Shown: piece after piece, positions 56,989 to 64,000 of the stretch
Layout of the letters: the number at the start of each line of letters is the position of its first letter
How positions within the stretch are numbered: the stretch's first letter is position 1
Assembly: GCA_018241045.1 (NCBI GenBank)
Contig: JAFEEP010000119.1
Coordinates: 1,277 to 65,276 of the forward strand
Reading direction: 5' to 3'
Length of the DNA: 64,000 nt
Source of the DNA: Pseudomonadota bacterium
GTDB lineage: Bacteria > Pseudomonadota > Alphaproteobacteria > Sphingomonadales > Sphingomonadaceae
Made by a program: the position numbers and the translations under genes
Notes under the pieces: generated by a model
What the model was told of the DNA's origin: nothing
The model's input: the letters and a program-made list of their open reading frames with translations, nothing else
The model's database searches: none

Positions 56989-57519
56989 TCAGGCTTTCAT
57001 TTCGTTGGCGTAGATGGCCTCGGCTCGTGCCTTCAGTGCGCGGGCGGTATCATCGAAGGCCCGCTTCACCCAGGGACCGGCAAAGCGGAACACATGGATG
57101 CCGTTTGCGCCAAGGAAGGCATCGGTGGAAAAATAGCGACACGAATCCGGGCCGATGGGCTCGATCACCTGATCCCGCCGCGCGGGATAGGGCCAGGCTT
57201 CGCTATGGATCATTTCCCACGAAATGACGCGCTCCGGCTCGAACGCGCAGATGAACTCGCAGTTGGGCACCAGGCTGCCGGGAACGGCATAGTTGGCCAG
57301 CGTCATGTCCACCGGCGCGCCCATTTCCAGCGTCGATTCCGCGCGAACGCAGAACGGATTCCATTCATTGTAGCGGGGCATATCGGTGATCACCTGCCAT
57401 ACGACGCGCGCCGGAGCGGCAATCTCCACGGTCTCGCTGACGGTCACCGCGTCCGGATCGAAACCGGACACCGGGTCGTCGGCAAGGGTGGGGTGGGTCT
57501 TCATCCAGTCGAGCAGCAT
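56989..57519 (-). CDS. SRPBCC (START/polyketide cyclase) family protein
   Basis: VEIAAPARVVWQVITDMPRYNEWNPF ... ALKARAE. Confidence 0.85.
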   Translation of the reverse strand: MLLDWMKTHPTLADDPVSGFDPDAVTVSETVEIAAPARVVWQVITDMPRYNEWNPFCVRAESTLEMGAPVDMTLANYAVPGSLVPNCEFICAFEPERVISWEMIHSEAWPYPARRDQVIEPIGPDSCRYFSTDAFLGANGIHVFRFAGPWVKRAFDDTARALKARAEAIYANEMKA

Positions 57520-57532
57520 TGCACCTCTCCCT

Positions 57533-58303
57533 TCAGGCGGCGACCCAGTCACCGCCGTTGACGTCGAGCATCGCGCCGGTCACTTCCGAGGCATAGTCCG
57601 ACAGCAAGAAATAGACCGCCTTGGCGCAATCGGCATCGGGCGGGATGTGGCCGACCGGGATTTCGCTGGCGCGCTGCGTCTGGAATGCCTCTGCCCCGTC
57701 GCCCAGCGAACGGATGAAGCCTTCGAGCGGCGCGCCCATCATCCAGCCCATCAGGGCGGTATTGACGCGGATGCCGGTGCCGCCGAACTCGATCGCAAGG
57801 TGGCGGGTCAAGTGGTTGAGCGCGCCCTTTGCCATGCCATAGCCGCCTTCGCCGGGCATCGGCTTGCGGGTACACAGGGTTGACACGTTGACGATCGAGC
57901 CCGTGCCTTGCGCTTTCATTGCCGGATAGACGGCCATGGCCATGCGCAGCGCGCCTGCGGCGCCGACGTTGAAGGCTTGAAGCACCTGGTCGATGTCGTG
58001 TTCGATCAAGGGGCCCCAGTCGGGATGGAAGTAGGCCGAGTTGACGAGCCCGTCGATGCGGCCCCAGGTGTCGAGCGCGGCCTGCGCGGCGGCCTTGCAC
58101 TGCGCGCTGTCGGTGACGTCGACAGGTACGGCGATCGCCTCGCCACCAGCGGCGACGATCTCGTGCGCGACTTCCTCGATCGCCTGCTTCGAACGCGCGG
58201 TGACAACCACTTTCGCGCCTTCCTTCGCCGCGCCGCGACAGGCAGCGCTGCCCATGCCGGGGCCAGCACCGGTGACGATCACGACCTTGTCCTTGAGGAT
58301 CAC
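57533..58303 (-). CDS. SDR family oxidoreductase (resembles the Rv3530c type)
   Basis: LKDKVVIVTGAGPGMG, VNSA, YGMAK, GIRVNT...GWMMG. Confidence 0.88.
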   Translation of the reverse strand: MILKDKVVIVTGAGPGMGSAACRGAAKEGAKVVVTARSKQAIEEVAHEIVAAGGEAIAVPVDVTDSAQCKAAAQAALDTWGRIDGLVNSAYFHPDWGPLIEHDIDQVLQAFNVGAAGALRMAMAVYPAMKAQGTGSIVNVSTLCTRKPMPGEGGYGMAKGALNHLTRHLAIEFGGTGIRVNTALMGWMMGAPLEGFIRSLGDGAEAFQTQRASEIPVGHIPPDADCAKAVYFLLSDYASEVTGAMLDVNGGDWVAA

Positions 58304-58349
58304 AGCTTCTCTCCCGTTGGTGGCGGGTGCATCCCGCGTTGTAGTGGTG

Positions 58350-59801
58350 TCAGGCGGCGGCCTTCCGCCCGGCCTGGCGGCCAAAGAAGGTGCAATCGGC
58401 AAGGCTGAGGCCCGACGAATAGCCGTGGCCCCAGGCCGGAAGGCCGGAGGTACAGCGCCCGGCTGCGAACAGGCCCGCGATTGGCTGGCCAGCGCGGTCG
58501 AGCACTTCGCCAGCGGTGCTCGTTTTCAGTCCGCCGAGCGTGAAGAAGCTGAAATAGCTCGTCTCGAAATTCAGCTCGAGCGCGACGAAAGGCGACTGGT
58601 CGAGCGGCCTCAGGATCGGGGCCTGCTTGTCGAACAGCGGATCCCGCCCCGCGCGGGCATATTCGTTGTAGAATGCCATGGTCGCGGACAGGGTGCCCTT
58701 GGGCATTCCCAGTTCGGCTTCGACCTCTTCCCATGTCTCGCCCGTTCCGGCGATGGTTATACCAGCAATATCAAGTGGTTGCTCGAAGGTCGATAGATCA
58801 AGCAATTGATAGACCTTGCCCCCCGGTTGATCCACCGCGCAGCGGCTGACGCGGCCGTGGTAGCAGTCCTCGTTGATGAAACGCTGGCCCTGCACGTTGA
58901 CCAGCACGCCAAAGGCATGACTTTCCGGCATGGTCCACGGACAGGTGGTGAAGAACTGGTCCATGTGTATCGCGTCACCGCCTGCGGACACGCCCAGCTC
59001 GATGCCCACGCCGTCGTCCTTGTCGCCGATCGGAGCGTTCACCCGAAAGCTGTCGGGACAATACTTGCGGCGCATCGCCTCGTTGAAGACGAAGCCGCCG
59101 GTCGCCAGAACCACACCCTTGCGCGCCCGGACGAAGTGGTCGGCGTTGTCGATGCGGACCACCGCCCCGGCCACGCGGTCGCCATCCACGATCAGCGCGA
59201 CGGCACGGGCGTCGACATGGATTTCGGCGCCGAGATCGCGCGCGCGCGCTTCGAGGATGTCGATCAGCGGGCGCCCGCCACCCCAACCCATGTGCTGGAT
59301 CACGTGGCCGCGGGGGGCCGGGCGGGCGTGATTGCGAAACGGTGATGCCGCCTCGCTGCCCGACCAGATCAGCGTCGAATCGTCAGTCGGTTCGATCACC
59401 TTGCCGGGCAGGAAGTTGCCCCGATAGGGTACGCCCTGATCCTTCAGCCATTGGTAGTGGGCAAGCGCTTCACGGCCGTAGAGATCGCATTTCGCCTCGT
59501 CGGCGCAGGGACCTCCAGCGAGCTTGAGGTATTTGGTGAAGTCCTCGACCGTGTCGTCGAATCCGGCGGCTTTCTGCGCATCGGTGCCGCCGCCGATGTA
59601 GATTTCCCCGCCAGATAGCGCCGAGGCTCCGCCGCTGCCCGAACTGCGTTCGAACAGCATCACGCGCGCCCCGGCGGCGCAGGCCTCGATCGCGGCGCAG
59701 GCGCCGGCCGCGCCGAAGCCGATTACCGCCACGTCGGTTTCGAAGTCCCACTGCGGCACCGCGTCGATGGCAAGCGGGTGGTACTGCGAACAGGAAGTCA
59801 A
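58350..59801 (-). CDS. FAD-dependent 3-ketosteroid dehydrogenase family protein
   Basis: [46 protein letters not shown]. Confidence 0.85.
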   Translation of the reverse strand: MTSCSQYHPLAIDAVPQWDFETDVAVIGFGAAGACAAIEACAAGARVMLFERSSGSGGASALSGGEIYIGGGTDAQKAAGFDDTVEDFTKYLKLAGGPCADEAKCDLYGREALAHYQWLKDQGVPYRGNFLPGKVIEPTDDSTLIWSGSEAASPFRNHARPAPRGHVIQHMGWGGGRPLIDILEARARDLGAEIHVDARAVALIVDGDRVAGAVVRIDNADHFVRARKGVVLATGGFVFNEAMRRKYCPDSFRVNAPIGDKDDGVGIELGVSAGGDAIHMDQFFTTCPWTMPESHAFGVLVNVQGQRFINEDCYHGRVSRCAVDQPGGKVYQLLDLSTFEQPLDIAGITIAGTGETWEEVEAELGMPKGTLSATMAFYNEYARAGRDPLFDKQAPILRPLDQSPFVALELNFETSYFSFFTLGGLKTSTAGEVLDRAGQPIAGLFAAGRCTSGLPAWGHGYSSGLSLADCTFFGRQAGRKAAA

Positions 59802-60838
59802 TTCTGCCTCGCCTTGAGCATATCAAGCGCGACGTCGACGATCATGTCCTCCTGCCCGCCGACCATCTTGCGGCGGCCAAGTTCAAGCAGGATTTCGCGG
59901 GTGTCGATGCCGTAGGTTTCGCTGGCCTTTTCGGCATGGCGCAGGAAGCTGGAGTAGACCCCGGCATAGCCCAGGCTCAGGGTTTCGCGGTCCACCCGCA
60001 CCGGGCGGTCCTGCAACGGGCGCACAAGATCCTCGGCGGCATCCATCAGCAGGTTGACGTCGCAGCCGTGGTTCCATCCCTTGCGGTCGGCAGCGGCGAC
60101 GAACACTTCGAGCGGAGCATTGCCCGCGCCCGCGCCCATGCCGGTCAGGCTGGCGTCGATCCGCACCGCGCCGCACTGGGCAGCAACGATCGAGTTGGCT
60201 ACGCCGAGGCTGAGGTTGTGGTGGGCGTGCATCCCGCGCTGGGTTTCGGGCTTGAGCACGCGGTCATAGGCCTCGAACCGGGTGCGCACCCCGTCCATGT
60301 CGAGCGCGCCGCCGCTGTCCGTCACATAGACGCACTGCACGCCAAAGCTTTCCATCAGCAATGCCTGGCTGGCCAGGTGTTCGGGTTCGATCATGTGGCT
60401 CATCATCAGGAAGCCGGACACGTCCATGCCCAGATCGCGGGCGATGCCGATGTGCTGCTTGCTGACGTCGGCCTCGGTGCAATGGGTCGCGACCCGCACT
60501 GAGCGCACGCCGATGTCATAGGCGCGACGGAGCTCCTCTACCGTGCCAACGCCGGGCAGGATCAGCGTGGTGAGGACGCACTTGTCGAGCACGTCGGCAA
60601 CGGCTTCCAGCCATTCCCAGTCGGTGTGCGCGCCGAAGCCATAGTTGAAGCTCGCGCCCGACAACCCGTCGCCGTGTGCAACCTCGATCGCATCGACGCC
60701 CGACGCCTCGATCGCGGCGGCGATCGCCTTGACGTGGTCGATCCCGTACATGTGCTTGATCGCATGCATACCGTCGCGCAGGGTCACGTCCTGCAGATAG
60801 AGCTTGTCGCCCGCCTCGACGTTGAAAGTGCCGTTCAC
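59798..60838 (-). CDS. dmpG: 4-hydroxy-2-oxovalerate/hexanoate aldolase (DmpG/TesG/HsaF)
   Basis: [41 protein letters not shown]. Confidence 0.95.
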   Translation of the reverse strand: MNGTFNVEAGDKLYLQDVTLRDGMHAIKHMYGIDHVKAIAAAIEASGVDAIEVAHGDGLSGASFNYGFGAHTDWEWLEAVADVLDKCVLTTLILPGVGTVEELRRAYDIGVRSVRVATHCTEADVSKQHIGIARDLGMDVSGFLMMSHMIEPEHLASQALLMESFGVQCVYVTDSGGALDMDGVRTRFEAYDRVLKPETQRGMHAHHNLSLGVANSIVAAQCGAVRIDASLTGMGAGAGNAPLEVFVAAADRKGWNHGCDVNLLMDAAEDLVRPLQDRPVRVDRETLSLGYAGVYSSFLRHAEKASETYGIDTREILLELGRRKMVGGQEDMIVDVALDMLKARQN

Positions 60839-61782
60839 TGCCCCATCCCCCCCTGCTTCATCCGGCGCGCGGCGAGAAGTTCGCCGGTGGCCTTGGCCGC
60901 GGCAGTCATGATGTCGAGGTTGCCCGAATAACTGGGCAGGTAATCGCCCGCGCCTTCCACTTCGAGCATGATCATCGACTTGATCCCGGTGAAGTCGCCC
61001 ATGCCGGGGATCCTGAGCTTGTTGTTGTCGCCATAGCGCTCGAACTGGATCTCCTGCTTGAGGCGATAGCCCGGCACGTATTTCTGCACTTCGGCAACCA
61101 TGTCCTTCACCGATTGGCGGATCTCGTCCTCGGTTGCGCCTTCCGACAGAGTGAACACGGTGTCGCGCATGATCATCGGTGGTTCGGCCGGGTTGAGGAT
61201 GATGATCGCCTTGCCTTTGGCAGCTCCGCCGACCACCTCGATGGCGCGCGCCGTGGTGCGGGTGAACTCGTCGATGTTGGCGCGCGTTCCGGGCCCGGCC
61301 GAGCGCGAGGAGACCGAAGCGACGATCTCGGCATAGTGGACCTTGTCTGACACGCGGGCCACGGCGGCGACCATCGGGATCGTCGCCTGGCCGCCGCAGG
61401 TCACCATGTTGACGTTGGGCTGATCGAGGTGCGCGTGCATATTGACTGGCGGTACGGTGAACGGCCCGATCGCGGCCGGGGTCAGGTCGACCACCTGGAT
61501 GCCGTCGGCGCGCAGCGCCTCGTCGTGGACCTTGTGGGCATAGGCGCTGGTCGCATCGAAGGCGATACCGATCTCGCCATAGCAGGGCAGCGCCTTCAGG
61601 CCCTCGATCCCCTCGTGGGTGGTGGCGATGCCGTGCTCGCGCGCCATCGCCAGGCCCTCGCTGGCGGGATCGATCCCCACCACTGCCGCCAGTTCCATGT
61701 TCTGCGGATATTTGATCATCTTCATCATCAGGTCGGTGCCGATATTGCCCGAGCCGATGATCGCGGCCTTTACGCGTGCCAT
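60835..61782 (-). CDS. dmpF: Acylating acetaldehyde/propanal dehydrogenase (DmpF/TesF/HsaG)
   Basis: [47 protein letters not shown]. Confidence 0.95.
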   Translation of the reverse strand: MARVKAAIIGSGNIGTDLMMKMIKYPQNMELAAVVGIDPASEGLAMAREHGIATTHEGIEGLKALPCYGEIGIAFDATSAYAHKVHDEALRADGIQVVDLTPAAIGPFTVPPVNMHAHLDQPNVNMVTCGGQATIPMVAAVARVSDKVHYAEIVASVSSRSAGPGTRANIDEFTRTTARAIEVVGGAAKGKAIIILNPAEPPMIMRDTVFTLSEGATEDEIRQSVKDMVAEVQKYVPGYRLKQEIQFERYGDNNKLRIPGMGDFTGIKSMIMLEVEGAGDYLPSYSGNLDIMTAAAKATGELLAARRMKQGGMGQ

Positions 61783-61793
61783 TGCTGTCATCC

Positions 61794-62582
61794 TTACGCG
61801 AAGTTGGCGACGCAGGTGCCCAAGGGGCCGCTCGCATCGCTCAGGGTCATTTCGAAACGGTCGCCCCGGGCGGCGGGGGCGAGGGGCACGAGACTGCCCG
61901 ACAGGATCACGTCGCCGGCATCGAGCGTGGCGCCGTGGGCGCCCAGCGTGTTCGCCAGCCAGGCGACCGCCTGGGCCGGATCGCCCTGCACGGCATGGCC
62001 ATAGCCTTCCGAGAGCGGCTCACCATTCTTCGTCACTGCGACGTGCAGGTTGGGCAGGTCCAGTCGGGCCGGATCAAGGCGTTCCTTGCCGATCACGAAG
62101 ACGCCGCAACTGGCATTGTCCGCCACTGTATCGACGATCGCGATCTGCCAGTCGTCAATCCGGCTATCGACGATCTCGAAGCATGGCGCGATCCATTCCG
62201 TCGCCGCCAAGACATCGGCTGCGGTCACGCCGGGGCCATTGAGGCTGCGCTTCAGGATGAAAGCAATCTCCGCCTCGGCCCGGGGCGCAATCAGCGCTCT
62301 GTCATCGATGTCGATGTCGCCTTCGATATGCATCCAGTCGGTCAGGAAGCCGAAATCGGGTTGATGCACCCCCAGCATATCCTGAACGGCCTTCGAGGTA
62401 GCACCGATCTTCTTGCCCACCACCCGCTCGCCGTCCTTCAGTCGGCGAGACAGCAAATCAAGGCTGATCGCATAGGCATCGTCGATCGTCAGCGACGGAT
62501 CCTGCTCGATCAGCGGACGGATCGTCTTGCGCGCGCGCAGGGCTTCGTAGAGGGCGCTGCCATACGTTTCAGCGACGGGCAT
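61794..62582 (-). CDS. tesE: 2-keto-4-pentenoate / 2-hydroxyhexa-2,4-dienoate hydratase (TesE/HsaE)
   Basis: [36 protein letters not shown]. Confidence 0.88.
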   Translation of the reverse strand: MPVAETYGSALYEALRARKTIRPLIEQDPSLTIDDAYAISLDLLSRRLKDGERVVGKKIGATSKAVQDMLGVHQPDFGFLTDWMHIEGDIDIDDRALIAPRAEAEIAFILKRSLNGPGVTAADVLAATEWIAPCFEIVDSRIDDWQIAIVDTVADNASCGVFVIGKERLDPARLDLPNLHVAVTKNGEPLSEGYGHAVQGDPAQAVAWLANTLGAHGATLDAGDVILSGSLVPLAPAARGDRFEMTLSDASGPLGTCVANFA

Positions 62583-63399
62583 CGAGGAACTCGAGTGCAT
62601 AGGCGTTGAACTCTGCCGCGCGTTCGACCTGCACCCAGTGGCCGGTGCGGCCGAAGGTTATGGCGCGCACGTCCGCGCATTTGTCGAGGAACAGGCGGGA
62701 GTGGGCTTCGGGACAGAATTCGTCATTCAGGCCCCAGAGAACGAAGATCGACTTGTCGATTTCGCTCAGACGCGGGCTGAGGTCGGGCGTACGCATACGA
62801 ACGAGCACGTCCTTGGGTTGAGTCCGCGCTACCGCGAAGCGTTCGGCCACGAGCGCATCGGGAATATTCGGTGCGAAGTCCGGATGGACGAGGTTGGAAA
62901 CCAACCGCTTCTGTTCGGCCAGATCGAAATCCGGACCGCCGAAGCTGGAAACCATCTTGGCGATGCCGGGCATCACGAAATAGGCTTCGCGTTCCGCCAC
63001 GCAGCCCGGCGCCATCAGCACCAGGTTCTTCGTGAACGCCGGATGATCGAGCGTCATCAACAGGGCGATGCCCCCGCCCAGCGAATTACCGACAAGGCTG
63101 GCCTGCGTCAGCCCGTGCGCGGTCAGCGCTTCGTAGACCGTGTCGGTGAACAGTTGCAGCGTGTAGTCGATGCCTTCGGGCTTGGACGAGGCGCCATAGC
63201 CGATCAGGTCCGGCAGGATCACCCGGTAGCCCGCGGCGATGAAGGCGTCGATGTTCTGGCGGAAATTCGACGCGCCCGACGCGCCCGGTCCGCTGCCGTG
63301 AAGGAAGACGACCGCCGGTGCGGCGGGATCGCCGGCTTCGACAATCTGAATGTCATAGCCGCCGGATACGCGATAGGTCGCTTGGGTGAGTTCTGCCAT
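62569..63399 (-). CDS. tesD: Meta-cleavage product hydrolase (TesD/HsaD/BphD type)
   Basis: HGSGPGASG.SNF, GNSLGG, GHWVQ.E. Confidence 0.82.
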   Translation of the reverse strand: MAELTQATYRVSGGYDIQIVEAGDPAAPAVVFLHGSGPGASGASNFRQNIDAFIAAGYRVILPDLIGYGASSKPEGIDYTLQLFTDTVYEALTAHGLTQASLVGNSLGGGIALLMTLDHPAFTKNLVLMAPGCVAEREAYFVMPGIAKMVSSFGGPDFDLAEQKRLVSNLVHPDFAPNIPDALVAERFAVARTQPKDVLVRMRTPDLSPRLSEIDKSIFVLWGLNDEFCPEAHSRLFLDKCADVRAITFGRTGHWVQVERAAEFNAYALEFLDARR

Positions 63400-63413
63400 G
63401 GGTGCCGCCCTGC

Positions 63414-64000
63414 TCAGACGAAGGTGAAGGTGGGCTGCTGCCCGTTGAGCGCACCGACGAGGTCGACCGTGCGATTGGCCGGGTCGTTCGCCACGTGGGC
63501 TCGTCCGGCATGGAGGTCGAGCCACGGCTGGATGATCGGGCTGGACATATAGATCGCCCGCCCGCCCAATAGCTTGACCATGTCATCGACAAGATCCGCC
63601 ATTCGCCGCACCACGCTCGACGAGTTGTAGGCGTAAAGCGTGCGCTTCTCCATCGGGATGGCCTCGCCGCGTTCGGCATGACCCATCAGATCATCGAAGG
63701 TGAGGCGCAGGGTCTGCTCCATCTCGGTGACCTCGGCATAGGCACGGCTGATCGCGGCGAGCAGGAACGGATCGTTCTTCGAAGCCTTTCCGGTATTGGT
63801 CGAGACACGGTTTTGAGCGATTTCCATCGCCGCCGAAATCGCCGCTCGCGCCCCGCCGAACGCGGCGGTGGAAACCGAGCGCATGAACACCTGCGCCCAG
63901 GGCAGAGTGTAGAGCGGACCAGGGTTGGTCTGCTGCCCCGGGTTCGTGCACAGAAAACCATCAATTGCGCGATGGGTGCGGTGTTCGGGCACGAAAGCAT
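63414..64000 (-). CDS. hsaA: Two-component flavin-dependent monooxygenase, oxygenase subunit (HsaA-like; 5'-truncated)
   Basis: FVPEHRTH, NPGPLYTLPW, GGRAIY...P....W.D.HAGRAH.AND; upstream of the meta-cleavage genes. Confidence 0.8.
   Translation of the reverse strand, partial: AFVPEHRTHRAIDGFLCTNPGQQTNPGPLYTLPWAQVFMRSVSTAAFGGARAAISAAMEIAQNRVSTNTGKASKNDPFLLAAISRAYAEVTEMEQTLRLTFDDLMGHAERGEAIPMEKRTLYAYNSSSVVRRMADLVDDMVKLLGGRAIYMSSPIIQPWLDLHAGRAHVANDPANRTVDLVGALNGQQPTFTFV

Noticed and set aside
59798-61837. 679-aa ORF suggesting an aldolase fusion or frameshifted dehydrogenase-aldolase
   Set aside because: The upstream part is an Arg-rich alternative frame of dmpF; the aldolase starts at GTG 60838 with the normal GTGA overlap
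1-64000. Mobile elements, CRISPR arrays, tRNA/rRNA, defence systems or a biosynthetic (PKS/NRPS) cluster
   Set aside because: No transposase, integrase, repeat-spacer array, structural RNA or scaffold-building enzyme recognised; SnoaL, SRPBCC and sulfotransferase genes sit with catabolic ring-cleavage and uptake genes

Overview
GC-rich (roughly 65%, estimated by eye), gene-dense window, probably from a sphingomonad (Novosphingobium/Sphingobium-like; inferred from gene content, not proven). All 64 kb look like one catabolic island for steroids or steroid-like polycyclic compounds, about 63 CDS. The 9,10-seco pathway A/B-ring core is present: KstD-like and two related flavoproteins, a KshA-like Rieske oxygenase, a partial HsaA-like monooxygenase, and TesD/E/F/G-type meta-cleavage enzymes. 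Around it is a large tailoring set: 17 classical SDRs, 8 NTF2/SnoaL-like domains, 2 EthD-type proteins, an OYE reductase, a BVMO, a luciferase-like monooxygenase, a CYP51-like P450 with its own ferredoxin, 2 sulfotransferase-fold proteins, 2 DUF1214-like proteins, a Coq4-like protein, an amidohydrolase, 3 TonB-dependent receptors, an MFS permease and 4 regulators (LuxR, TetR, LysR, unusual HTH). No CoA-dependent side-chain or C/D-ring genes were seen. Reading the intergenic DNA revealed a recurring 30-bp palindromic box, T(G/T)CG(T/A)A-N18-TACGCA, present nine times with identical spacing and mostly 17-48 nt upstream of operon starts, which suggests an island-wide regulon. A separate palindrome (TAACCCG-TT-CGGGTTA) occurs on both sides of the LuxR gene. 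No tRNA, rRNA, CRISPR array or mobile element was found. Family assignments are by motif recognition only; no searches were run.
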